From: Eledone cirrhosa
Lineage: Eukaryota
Length of the DNA stretch: 64,000 nucleotides
Direction of reading: 5' to 3'
Assembly (NCBI GenBank): GCA_964016885.1
Contig: OZ024750.1
Span: 3,534,001-3,598,000 of the forward strand
The notes beneath the pieces were generated by a model. It ran no database searches. It was given only the letters and a program-made list of their open reading frames with translations, and was not told the origin of the DNA. Position numbers and translations under genes: made by a program. How positions within the stretch are numbered: position 1 is the first letter of the stretch; the number at the start of each line of letters is the position of its first letter. Positions 39,181 to 57,952 of this stretch are shown here, piece after piece.

Positions 39181-39368
39181 ATGGGTTTCTGGGATATAAT
39201 ATTCTGGATTTTCCTTCTCGTTTTACTGACCATACCGGTCTTATATTCCTTCAGTGGACACTTCAGGTATTATGTGAAGATGGGTATTTATTATTCCATA
39301 GTTCTGTCTCTGGCCACAATAATTTGTTTAGTTGCCTGGGTCCGGCCTGTTCATGTCAACAACTACAA
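39181..39368 (+). CDS. AGPAT1: 1-acyl-sn-glycerol-3-phosphate acyltransferase (AGPAT1/2-like LPAAT), first coding exon
   Basis: MGFWDIIFWIFLLVLL...SGHFRYYVKMGIYY...VRPVHVNNY resembles the AGPAT1/2 N-terminus; phase-2 donor AA|gtaagg at the equivalent point; no NHQS exon found downstream in the window; AGPAT1 vs AGPAT2 cannot be resolved. Confidence 0.75.
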
Positions 39369-41079
39369 GTAAGGCTTTTATATCTACTTTCATTTTATCC
39401 CTCTATCCTTTTCTACATTTTTCTTTCATTCTCTATTATTCTCTCAAGCAATTTTATTATTTTATAATTTCCTACTATTTCAGTTTTTTTTTAAATTTAC
39501 CTTTGCCGCTCGTTGTGTCCTCTGTCCATAACTCAATCTCACTACACGTGTCTTTGAATGTCTAATTCTTGCTCAAATTATTATATTTTAAGCTGAAGAG
39601 ACCAGTTTTTAAAGGTTCTTTGTAAACTTGAATATATATATTTGCCTTCGTTCTTTCTTAATCGAACATGTTGAAATAATACAGAATGTTTGATTATTCA
39701 TTATCCTTCTAAAACTTCATTCATTCGTTTCAGTTTCGCATTAATGCAGACGATATGTTTATTTTATTTAAAGACTCCTAAGCTGCTGGTCAGTCCTTTC
39801 GTTTACAATAAAGCAACAAACTATATAAGACTGTTTTCTTTTGGTATTTTTATTGCTAGATTCCATATTTACTTAATCAATTTCCTCATTTGGTTGCTTT
39901 TAATAGACATGTTAATTACATAATTTAATCAGAAATTAAATTCTCTCTATTTGCTATGCAAGTATATTAATATTGTATTATTGTTGTATAGAAAATCGTT
40001 GCGGTTGTGATGTAACAGTAAGTTAATTAAGGTGACTTGGTTTCTATTTCTAGCTGCAAACAGCTCCTATATTTCCACACTTCGTGGAGAGGTGTCACTT
40101 TCACAAGCTCTTATTTATTTTCCCTCACAAAACAGAATCTTTGTCTTTCTAAGAAAGGATTGATGTACACAAAGTTGATTTCTTTTATTCAAAAGAACTT
40201 CCTGTTATACCAGTCACTTCACTACACTCCTTTTTCTACACTCATTGTATTTACCAGCTAATTAAAGCAGTTTCTACATGATCAGTCGCTCTGCTAGAGA
40301 TAGCAACCAAATCTCTCTCACTCTCTCTCTCCAAATCAATCATAGCAGCAATCAATGAAAGATATATTGAACACTGTAGTCCGTGATGAACAAAAACATG
40401 GGATGGCCACGGCTGGAATGCTTTTGATCATATTGTGTACAAGACCAGGGTGTGGGTGTTGACGTAGGCTAACTAACATGTAAATTACATGTCTCGGCTT
40501 GTGGTTTGTCCTTGTAATTAAATGAAACAATAAACCCCTTAATTAGGCCTAATTATCTCTAAAATTATTTCCTTCTGTAACTGATTCGTAAATTGACACG
40601 AGATAATTAAGTGAAATTAAGTTTTACCTTCAGAATTCTACACAGATCTATTTGTGTAAAACGAGAGAGAGGCAGCTTAATTATAAATATATATTTCTAC
40701 ATTAAAGACTAATGTTTGTACCAGAAGTATATATATGATTTCTCCCGAATGAAACAGTTCTAGTCCTGTAGAAGCCATTTCTACATTAAATATTTATACT
40801 CTGCTATGTATTGAGTACCTTACTGTGGTTACCCCCGTTTGAACGAGGGATAAACTTATCTATTTATCTATATATATGTATATATATATATATGCATATA
40901 TATGTATATATATATATATACAAATATATGTATAAGTAGTATTAAGGATACTATTTATGGTTATGTATATACTAAAACCTTTTATAGTTATATATATTTT
41001 AAACCCTAAATAGTGAAAGACAGTAATTTATTACTACCTGAATAAATGGTTTAAACAGAACTTTCATTCATGTAATTTC

Positions 41080-46838
<5,759 letters not shown>

Positions 46839-49544
46839 ACTGTGAATAAAATCTTCTTTCTTCTGTTATGATTATTGGAAACGCAGAAAGTGAATAAAGG
46901 ATTTTAACTGTTCGATATCCTATTTTGTCTTAGATAATTCCAAATACATTTGTCCCTGTCGACAATTTAAGAGGTTTCATAGAAGGTGTTTAAGTATGTT
47001 TTACTGTGTTTTATGTCTGTCAGAAAAGTAGCCAGTGGTTATATAGACCAATGTTTAATGTAGTTGTAGTAGATTCACTTCTTTGTTCCTTTATTAGTTA
47101 ATAGTAACTATTAGTTTTCTATTGTACAACTATGACCCGTCAGAGATACTTTACTTCATTGTATTTGTTGTATTGTTATTTATGTTGTACTCGGAAAACA
47201 TAATTTGATTTTTGTACGTTCAGATTTATAATTTTCAAAGTACAATATAAACGTTTTTCAAAGCTTGTGTAATTATGTATATTAACAATAAGTAGAAATT
47301 TTAGATATATTAGAATAAACACGAGTTATGGTTATGAGAAAAAGAGAGATGGTGTTTGATTAGCGAAAAGGAAAGTAGAAATGTATTAGTAAATAAACAA
47401 TCATAAAGAATGAAAACTAAGCGGGAAAAGTTTAGCAATTGAAAGAGATTAGAAAACCAAAGAAATGTGATATAATACTGTAGTGTATACACGACATAAC
47501 ATTTAAAAGAGATCGTTAAACTGATATATTGGAAATCTCTTTTAGACGGGTTTTGAACCGATTAACACGAACCATTGAACTAGATATGTGTTTGATTTAG
47601 TTCAACTTTCTACTGACTTTAATTTTACTACCTTTTAGTCAATAGAAACATGGATTTATAAATTTACCTAACCCTAACCCTATATTACTGGTTGGTGTAT
47701 CTTCGTAATTTCTTTATTTTTAAAGTAAGGCAAATAGTCGGAAGGGGCAGTTTATTTCAACACAAAGATCTCTAATTTTGTCAAATGTAGTTTAAATAAT
47801 ATATTGATTTTAGATCGAAACAGAGGTGCAACTTTAGAAATAAATGATCAACTTTTGAACATTCAAACCGCTGTATATAATCTTGAATGATAAGAAATAT
47901 ATATGCCCCCCCCCCCCCCCCATTAAAACAATCTGCTGGAGGTTATGTTATGTAATATATAATAATTTTCTACTTTTTGGCACAAGGCCAGCAATTACTC
48001 AGTGTATTACTGGCACTTTATTTTATCGACCCCGTAGGGATGAAAGGCAAAGTTAACCTCGGCGGATTTAAAATCAGGACGTAAAGGGGTGCAACTCTAT
48101 GCTACAAAACATTTTGTCCGACGCTGTAACGATACTGCCAATCCAATAATAAAAAACAAAACGAAACATTAGAAGCCAGAAATATGTCATTGTTGAATTG
48201 GAGTTATAGTCATGTAAGCTCAAATTTTGCTCAGGTTGTCCAAGACTTTCATCGTTTTTATTTTAGCTAGTCTGAAGATGAGGGTCAGTGGTCCTTGCAA
48301 AAAAGATGTTCTTAGGGAATAAGGATTCATCTATGTTTAGCTTGAGGGTCTGGACTGGTGAGATATCGTGGAGGTGTCAAGAAAAGGGGTAGTCTTGTGA
48401 GGGGTCACATTATCAACAGTTATTCAGAACAGAAATATCTTCTGGTCTTGAGTAGGAAACCCAGGCTTCGGGAGTAGTTTCGGCTGTTATAGATTGAAAT
48501 CAAGGTGGAAAATTGGCAGAGTGGTTAGAATTTTGGCTAGAATGTTTTGTAGTATTCATTCCTGCTCTCTGCACAAGGTCAATTGTGCCTTTTGTCCTTT
48601 TGATGTCGATATTTAAAAAAATACCAGTCTAGTACTGGGGTCGATTCTTCCGCCTTCTCTGAAAAAAATAGCTGTGTTCAGACCTGGAGAGGGATGAGCT
48701 CCATCAGGTTTTTAATGCCCAAGAAACACTGTATACCACTACAGGACCCCTACAGTTCTATCGAGAGTTATGGTACCATACCTTACAATAGTGATGGACT
48801 ACACAAGGTTTAAAATGCCTAATAAATGCTATATGTCACTATGACACTCTTACAACTGTAGCAAGAGTTATGGGTCCATACGACAATGATACAATAAATT
48901 GTAATCCCTATCCAATGTCATGAGTTTGTTGCATAGAATTACTGCCAGATCCATAAGCAACACAGTTTCAGGTTGTTGAACCAAAGAACTAGCTCAGTGA
49001 TTCATATTCAATGATTCATCTTGCTATTTTCTCTTTCAATTGCCAAACTTTTCCCCACTCAGTTTTCATTCTTTTTTTTTTTTTTTTTTTCGTATCTGCT
49101 TTTTTTTTCTCATAACTATAAATGTGTTTATTTTAATATATCTAAATTTTCCACTTATTGCTAATGCCCATAATTACATAAGCTTTGAAAAAATGTTTAT
49201 ATTGTACTTTGAACATACTAAAAGAAAATTACTTTTAGAACTGTATCTAAGTAATAAATCTGTAATATATGATCTTATCTGTGAGATCAATTTATGTCAA
49301 TTATCCACTGGATGCTATGAACACTTGGAAACACTCCCGTTTTATATGCACCAAATATGCCTGCTATATGTGATGTTATAAAATTAAGAATGAGAAGATT
49401 CATTTTTAGTCATGGAAAATTAACCATGCCTTATTTTGTAAATACCTCTCCATCAGCCAAGAATAATTTCTACATTGTGTTTACAAATGAATATTTTGGT
49501 TGTATTTCTTTCATTGATTAATTTTATTTGGTTATTAGCTAGAC

Positions 49545-49964
49545 TAGTGTGTTCCAACCATTTTTCTACTGACCCCTCATCCCACCTAAAATACTTAATA
49601 CCATCCCCAATTTTTACCCTTATGTAATTTAGTGGCTGTAATTCAACTTCAACTAAAAATAAATCTATAGGTCACTGCCCCTTTTAACCCTTTACCATTT
49701 ACATTACTCTATATTTACTATATTTTCATGGTAAAGGCTTTACCTCACATAAATATCTCACATAATATCGAATCTATGGGATTTTGATATTATTTATTTT
49801 GAGAACAGTACCTTAGCATCAGTATGAGTGACCGGTTATAGCTGGTTTGAACAGAAAGGGGTGAGAGAATTCTGGCCGGATATGGCTGGTTTAAATGCTA
49901 AAGGGTTAATACCTTCTACCTATTACTAGATGAAACCCCCCCCCCCCTTCCCTGGAAACCATTG
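49545..49964. mobile_element. hAT-type MITE hosting a nested piggyBac MITE
   Basis: AGCTAGAC|TAGTGTGTTCCAACC ... GGAAACCATTG|AGCTACAC: degenerate TIRs with an 8-bp TSD. Confidence 0.6.
49688..49905 (+). mobile_element. piggyBac-type MITE (copy 4)
   Basis: TTAA|CCCTTTACCATTTA ... TAAATGCTAAAGGG|TTAA. Confidence 0.87.
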
Positions 49965-49972
49965 AGCTACAC

Positions 49973-50118
49973 CAGTCATGGGCAAACTGTGGCCCATTTA
50001 GCTTTGTGAATAGCATGTCTAATTTCAAAATTGCTTTGAATGTTTGTTAATAGTGTGGCCCACCTTATGATGAGTCACATTGTGTGACCCACTGCTTGAA
50101 AAAGGTTGTCCATGCCTG
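49973..50118 (+). mobile_element. hAT (Charlie-like) MITE
   Basis: AGCTACAC|CAGTCATGGGCAAACT ... AGGTTGTCCATGCCTG|AGCTAGAC. Confidence 0.8.
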
Positions 50119-50392
50119 AGCTAGACTAATGTTTGTCTTCATTCATTATACCACTTAAGAAGTTGTTTGTAAATTATATTGTTTATTCAAATGTAATTTA
50201 TTTGTTCTTATCAGTAATGTTAAATATTTATCTTAATATTTGTCCTAGTTTTGATTTATGACATTTCATTGAGATGTTGTTTTTTCCAAACTGTATTGTA
50301 ACTGATGAATGAAATGTTATAAAAGGATATATGATTTTATCACATATTTTTAAATACTCACAGATCTTGAGTAATCGCGCCCACCTGTTTAA

Positions 50393-50613
50393 CCCTTTAG
50401 CATTTACATTACTTTATATTTACTATTGTATTTTCATTGTAAAGGCTTTACTTCACATAATTACCTCACATAATATCGAATCTATGAGATTTTGATATTA
50501 TTTATTTTGAGAACAATATTTTAACATCAGTATGAGCAGATGGTTACAGCTGGTTTGAACAGAAAGAGGTGAGAGAATTCTGGCGGGGTGTGGCCGGTTT
50601 CAATGCTAGAGGG
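50393..50613 (+). mobile_element. piggyBac-type MITE (copy 5)
   Basis: TTAA|CCCTTTAGCATTTA ... CAATGCTAGAGGG|TTAA. Confidence 0.86.
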
Positions 50614-51102
50614 TTAAACCCCCTCATTTATAAGAATTTAAGTAAATGTCCTTCCCCCTCTATTATTTGGGACCCAAGTGTAGATATTTCTAACTGTTGT
50701 GATGATAACAAATGTCTATAATTGATTATAGAGCTCTGAGGTTCTGTTTAAGCAAGACATGGTCGCCTGACATTGCCCACAACAGGACAACTCGTCTAAC
50801 CCATGCTAGTGTGGAAAAATGGACGTAAAACGGTGACGATGATGATGATAATGAGGATTAAGGCTTTTTTGACAAAATAATTCCTATTTTCTATATTTTT
50901 TTCTCTTTGTAAAGCTGATTAGGTTAAATCTTGTACGAGAATGAGTAGTGGAGAAAACAATCTTCTAAAATCCATCAAAACTACTTAATTCATATCACAC
51001 TGCGGCATTTAAACATGGATTAATGAAAACCTTAATTTATTGGATGTAACAAAAGGAATATAATATGAAAAATAAATCTACTAAAGAGAACTAGTTAGGT
51101 AC

Positions 51103-51360
51103 TGTGTCTGTGTCTGTCTGTGTGTGTGAGACTGTGTGTCTGTGTGTGTGTATATGTTTGTGTGTGTCTGTGTCTGTCTGTGTGTGTGACTGTGCGTTTG
51201 TGTATGTATGTGTTTGTGTGTGTCTGTTTGTTTGTGTGTGTGTGTATGTATGTGTTTGTGTGTGTATGTATGTGTTTGTGTGTCTGTGTATGTTTGTGTG
51301 TTTGTTTGCCTGAGAGTGACTGTGTTTGAGTGTGTCTGCAAGTCTGTGTGTCTGTGTTTT
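51103..51360. repeat. Degenerate (GT)n microsatellite
   Basis: Direct reading. Confidence 0.92.
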
Positions 51361-51768
51361 GCAGTAATTTCATATTTTGACAAATTATTCAATAACATTT
51401 TATCAGTGTAAATTTACATATTTTCTATTTTTATAATCTTCCTTCAATTTTGCATAGTTTTACAAACTGAAACATTTTTATAATAAAATGCTGAAACAAG
51501 TGTTTTAGCAGAAGTCATGTGAAGTTGGAACAACACTGCTTATTTTTCTATTAAGCAGTCTTCTCAGGCAATTATAGTATTATGCTTTGCTTAAGGGTTG
51601 TTATAATACAATGTTTAATGTACAAACAGTTTTTACACAAGTACTTCAACATCAGAACTACTTATTGCATCATACTGAGAAATGAAGCAACCATGTTTTG
51701 TTGGTTGTGCAATGTAAATGTGAGAGAAAGGCAGAGCTTGGACGAGCTGAGGGAGAAACTGGGTTTAA

Positions 51769-51785
51769 TTCTTTAGCATTTACAT

Positions 51786-51861
<76 letters not shown>

Positions 51862-52041
51862 TTGTATTTTCACAGAAAAGGCTTTATCTCACATAATTAT
51901 CTCGCGTAGTATTGAATCTACAAGATTTTGATATTATTTAATTTGAGAACAATACCATAATGTCAGTTTGAGTGGCCAGTACAACCGATTTGAACAGAAA
52001 GAGGTGAGAGAATTCTGAATGGACATGGCCGGTATTAAGGG
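51769..52041 (+). mobile_element. piggyBac-type MITE (copy 6, internal (CT)n expansion) inserted in an RTE-like remnant (~51700-52335)
   Basis: GGGTTTAA[MITE]TTAAGAGGAATC versus the empty paralog GGGTTTAAGAGGAATC at 2165-2180. Confidence 0.85.
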
Positions 52042-52853
52042 TTAAGAGGAATCTGAGGTGGTGTGCAGAAGAGATGACTGTGTTGGTATGGGCATGTAAT
52101 GTGTATGGACAATGACTGGTGGGGGAAGAAATGCCAGGAAATCCCAGTGAAAGGAAGACACAATATAGGATGACCAAGAAAGACCTGGGCAGAGGTTGTG
52201 AGAGCTGACCTCAAATCACGAAGACTGGCAGAGTAGATGACGAAAGAATGTGACAAGTGGAGAGATGCCATGTTGAGAAGGACCGGTCCAAGCCTGGAAG
52301 CATGGAAAAGCGGACGTAAAAACGATGATGATGATAATTGTTGTCGTCATCACATTCCTCATTAATTTTTCTCTTTTATTGTCTCTCTCTTGATAAAAAG
52401 TTTGGGGAGTTTTCAATACGCAGGTACTCTATAGTAAGATTGAACCTGAAACTGTTTGGTTATGAAACAACCCCTTTAACCATACACACATGCCTACACT
52501 TTTGTTTTATAATTCAATATTTTTTTATATTCTTCACAAAATAAAAATATGACAAAAAAAAGTTTCTATTCTGATTTTCCCATTACATTGAGGAGAAATA
52601 TTTACATATTTTTTTGTGTTTAAGCATGCATATAACTGCGTGCTTCAGTGAATATGTCTTTTTTACCCATTAAAAGAAGATAGTAAAATGAAAGAATATC
52701 CATGAAATGTTAGCCAACATGGATGCTTACTATTCCCACTGCTTTTCAAATTATCTGATCTTAGAATAAAATATCTCATCTAGGTTATGTTAGAGGTTTT
52801 GGAACTGTGCTGCAACACTTTAGTGTGTCACTGATAATCTCTAGGTGTGTTAA

Positions 52854-53145
52854 CCCTTTACCATTTACATTACTCTATATATACTATTGTATTTTCACAG
52901 TAAAGGCTTTATCTCGCATAATATCTCACATAACATTTACATTACTCTATATTTACTATTGTATTTTCATGGTAAAGGCTTTATCTTACTTAATATCTCA
53001 CACGATATCGAATTTACAAGATTTTGATATTATTTATTTTGAGAACAATTCCTTAAAATAAGTATAAGTGGCCAGTTATGGCCTGTTTAAACAGAAAGAG
53101 GTGAGAGAATTCTGACTAGATATGGCCGGTTTAAATGCTAAAGGG
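52854..53145 (+). mobile_element. piggyBac-type MITE (copy 7) with ~70-bp internal duplication
   Basis: TTAA|CCCTTTACC ... TAAATGCTAAAGGG|TTAA. Confidence 0.86.
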
Positions 53146-53852
53146 TTAAAATAAAGTTTTGTATCATAGAAACTTGAGCAATTTGGGGCAACTTTGTATG
53201 AAAAAAGTTAAGAATATTTGCCAGTGAAGTATATTTTATATCTTACAAATTTGTACATAATTAGACATATTTCTGATAACACATGATATGGTATTCAGTT
53301 GTTTGTTTATTAATTTCTTTAATTTTAAGTTGCTAACAAAACTCAATTAATGTGTCATGAAAAAATTATTTTTCTCAAAATGTCTGTTGCCAATCTGAAG
53401 TGTATGTAAATCTTATAATGGACAGAATTTTTTAGTGTTTTGTTAGCTGGCTAATTCCTGCTAATTCCTCAGAGACACCTTGTTTCCTAATGATGTTTGG
53501 TTTTTAAATTGTTCATTTAACATGCTTTGATAATATTTTTTTAAAGGGATATTTGCATATTGTAGTAGTTCTCGTGTCCTGCTTTCTTAGAAGGCTTCAT
53601 TTACCAATTTTATATCAATTAGAAAGTGTGAATGGAACGACTTTAATAACTTGAGTAAATCACTTGGATCTTAGTAATTTGGTCTCACACATTGTTTAAA
53701 TAAAGAAATAGAAAACATTTTATCTTTCAGCATCAAATTATCCTCGTAAGCAGCTGTTTAGAAGAAGCTTCCAACAGATTACTGTTTGTAAAATATTTCT
53801 CTTGTGGGTTTATAGATAGGTAGGTGTAAAAGCCAAACTTGCTATCTTCTAT

Positions 53853-54513
53853 TCAGTAGTGATGCCAACCCTTACCTATGGTCATGAATCTTCAATAATG
53901 ACCAAAAGAATATGATCACGAATACAAGCGGCCAAAATAGGGTTCCTCCTTCCTTTGAAGGATTTTTGGAGTAACATTACTTGATAAAGTGCATAGCTCA
54001 GAGATGAGAGAGTCACTTCAAGTAGAGCTGCTACCTCTCCAAATTAAGAGACCACACCTCTGATACTATGGACATGTGGTTAGAATGTCTCAGGAAAGAA
54101 TCACTGGACAGATTTTATGGGCAAAACCACCTGACAGGAGATCCAGGGGTAGACCCTGAGTAAGATGGTTGGATAACATACATGAGCTTGGCTGGTCTCA
54201 CTTAGGGATCCAGCCAGATCAGTTGGAGACAGTTGCTTCTGACAGGACCAGCTGGAAGGAGTGTTTGAAGACCCTACCTCCATGAATCTCGCAGGAATAA
54301 GTGAGGAAAGAAGAAACTGAGATAAGCTCTGGTTTGATGAACTTCCAGGTTGGAGACAGACTTTAGACTTTTTAAAGTGAACCAGGATTTGGAACCTATC
54401 TGAGAACAAACATTAACAACACTATTGTGCATAATCAGAATTAGCAGAGATGGAGCAGCTCAGGGAAAGACTTTATCCAACAATGGACTTTCCAAGGCCG
54501 ATGATGATGATGA
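53853..54513 (+). mobile_element. RTE-clade LINE 3' remnant(s), degenerate
   Basis: Translation PTLTYGHES..RIQAA..YYGHVVRM..RGRP*VRWLD..DRTSW with stops; (GAT)n tail at ~54500. Confidence 0.8.
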
Positions 54514-56154
54514 TTGTTCATAAATACAAGCAATGAAAAAAGAAAAAAAACAAACATGTTTAACCTTTTAAGCACTAAGACTTATTTCCCACTTTTAGTT
54601 TTCACAGGACATCTCGGGGGTCAGATCTTAAAGAGTTAAGTATAGGTTTTCATTTAACTAGTGTTATCTCAGTGAGTTTTAGACATTTGGCTTATTGGAT
54701 ATATTTTGACATTTGTATCCTGACTCTTGTGGAATGTCTTCTGTTAAACTAATTTATTACATCTTGTAATAACTAACCTAATTTATATAAGATGACATTT
54801 CAGTTCATTCACATCTACAAGATTGTATATTTATTACTATAGTTATGTACAGAGTTGAGAGGACTGTTAAGTCTCATAGGACAACCTCTCTAGTGCTGGT
54901 GGTACGAACAATAGACCCAGTCCATGCTGTAAAGTGGTTGGTGATAGGAAGGGCATCTAGTCAGTAAAACCCAGCCAAAATTACGGTCCAAATCATGGAA
55001 AAGTGGACAAAAAAAAAGTTGCATATTTCTATCTTAATTTCTCTATCAATATCCCAAAAGTGATAAATTAAATTAATTTTTAAAGCATAAGTGTATTTTA
55101 GTTTTGCTTTTGATAAAAAAAAAAATTCTAATATATAGCCAGGTGATACTATTAAGTTAGACATGGCCTGGGCCAATACTGGCCGAAACCTATCAAGGTT
55201 ATAGCAACTACAGTTGAAAAATCTAAAATGTTGTTACCTTTTGGCCATATAAATCAGAATTTGTTTACAAGTTATTTAAAGTATGCATAAATATATTTTC
55301 CATATATAGAACATTGTCCGATAAATCTTTTACATTATGTTCCTGTTATTTTAATATAAACAAACTGGTTGTTTTTGAAATGTTTAATTTTTATATGAGA
55401 AAGTTGTGTTTGTGAGAAGGCTACATCAATACAAACAGGATATGAAATGTTTAAAATGAGAACAAGGTTGTTGAAATGTTGGGTGGCTTTAATTAGTCCT
55501 TATTATTTTGATTAAAAAATGTTGCCATAAGAACAAAAGCTATCCTGCTCCAACACTTCTGTTGATGAAGGAATTTTCTCCTGAAATATTAAGGATTAGT
55601 TCAATGCCTCCAAGGTAATATTCCAACAACTTTATCATAATTTTTAACATCTAATGTCTTATTTGTATTACTGTAATCCTCTACGAAAACACACTTTCTA
55701 CAATACTTCAAGCAAACTAACAACACCCTTTGTTTTATATGAAACAAGAGATATCATTGGGTTGAGAGGACCCCTCAGTCATGCCGGGGCCATAACAACC
55801 TCTCTAGTGTTGATGCAAATGTAAAATGCACACAGTACACTCTGTAAAGTGTTTGGTATTAAGAGAACCATCCAGCTATATATAAACCATGCCAAAAATG
55901 GAATGTTCAAGCAAGGCTTGTGTTAGCTCCAAATTAGAGCCATCTTAGAATATAACAACTTGTCCAGCCAATAACAGCATGAAACATAGAATGGTGATGA
56001 TGATGATGTCTGATAGATGTCTTTCTAATTTGGAAAGATGTATGTTTCGAATGGAATAATCCAGATGAAAGCATGATTCCTTAACTCTTTAGCTCTGGTT
56101 CTATGAAATAAACCCACCCATTTTAAAGGTTTCACATTCAAATTAATCATCAGG

Positions 56155-56328
56155 AACATCATCATCATAACCACCAATCACCATCATCATTACCATCATT
56201 ATCATTACCACCACCATCATCATCACTACCTCCACCATCACTATCATCACCGCCATCACCATCACCACCACCATCACCACTATCATCACCACCACTATCA
56301 TCACCACCACCATCACCACCATCGTCAT
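56155..56328. repeat. (CAT/CAC)n tract
   Basis: Direct reading. Confidence 0.9.
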
Positions 56329-56772
56329 TTACCTATAAAGATTGTGCAGCAGAAACTCAGTACATTGCCACTGAATATCAGAATCACAAGATCCTAGATT
56401 AAGAAGTGTTAGTCATATTGTACATTTTTAGGTTTCTTCTATCAATTTAAAATACTGTTATCTTCTCACAGCATTTTATCTCTTTTGTGATTCTATTTTA
56501 AAATTTAACTGGAATTTTTTTTTTTTGTGTGTATTTGTTAATTTTTATTTTTGTTAATTTGTTAATTTTTTTTTTTTTTTTTTTGTCTTTGAATCTCAAA
56601 TGGAATGCAGTGAATATATTCTGTGAAAAAAAAATCATGACAATGATGATGATGTATTCCTTTTTTCATTTACTGGAATTTTTCCAATCTCTCATACCAA
56701 AGAAAGAAAATGATTGACAATTAAAACTAGCTCAACAGGTACACTGTTTTCCACAACAGAAGGTATTATAAA

Positions 56773-57077
56773 GAATTTGAAGTTTGAAAGCCACGACAAT
56801 GCGGGATTGGACAGAGAATAATTAAATCGTAAAAAACAAGGCTTGTTTTTTTACCTTAATTTATTCATATGTCCTGTTATTTTGAGATTAATATCTCTTC
56901 TTCCGAGGAAAATAAAATAAAAGAACTATTCCAATGTCCGTGTAGGTTTGCTATACCATGGATGGTATATATATATATATATATAAATAAATTAAGGTAA
57001 AAAAACAAGCCTTGTTTCTTACGATTTAATTATTCTCTGTCCAATCCTGCATTGTTTGGCTTTCAAACTTCGAATTC
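56773..57077. repeat. ~92-bp inverted repeat (56773-56865 / 56986-57077), foldback or MITE-like
   Basis: GGATTGGACAGAGAATAATTAAATCGTAA vs TTACGATTTAATTATTCTCTGTCCAATCC. Confidence 0.88.
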
Positions 57078-57910
57078 CTTCCAAAGATATAATTTAAACA
57101 AAGAAACACATTTTTTTAAAATACTGCTACTGTGAATGAACTGAAATGTCATCTTATATAAATTAGGTTAGTTATTACAAATATAATAAATTAGTGTAAC
57201 AGACATTCCACAAGAGTCAGGATACAAATGTCAAAATATGTCCAATAAGCCAAATGTGAGTTTTAGAGTAGTTAAATGAAAACCTATACTTCACTCTTTA
57301 AGATCTGACCCTGAGATGTCCTGTGAAAACTAAAAGTGGGAAATAAGTTTTAGGGCTTAAAAGGTTAAACATGGTTTGTTTGTTTTTTTTTTTCAATTAA
57401 AAACAACAAAAAAAAACATTATTTGGAAACATAAGACAGGGTTTACTGGGTGCATTTTATCATGGTACCAACACTTGAGAGCTTATGTTCTCAACATGGA
57501 AAACAGACATAATCCCCTTAGGTCCTTTGAGAGTAGAAATAATACCATTTAACATTAAAGAATAAGGAAGTAAAAGATCAGATTACTTTGGAAATAGTAA
57601 AAGGAACTGAGTACTGGTATAAACTGAATAAAAAGTGGTTGGAAAAATATGTTGGAAGTAGTGATAGATTAGTTCTGTTATTGTGGCAGAGATAAAGAAG
57701 GAATGTTCCACAGTAAGGGGTGAGGTTAAAACAGTATTTAGGTCTCTGTTAGCAAATAATGGTTCTGACAGATATGTCACTGGCTAAGTATCAGAACAGA
57801 AAGATAGGTACTGCTGTGTTAATACATAAATTATTATACACTTCACTGGTTAGGTGGATGCTGATACAATATCAGCCTGGAGAGCCATGTTTTAACAGCA
57901 ATAACAACAT

Positions 57911-57952
<42 letters not shown>

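Larger units (their letters stand above)
54542..57390. repeat. ~270-bp inverted repeat pair (54542-54813 / 57131-57390)
   Basis: e.g. TTATTTCCCACTTTTAGTTTTCACAGGACATCTC vs GAGATGTCCTGTGAAAACTAAAAGTGGGAAATAA. Confidence 0.9.
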
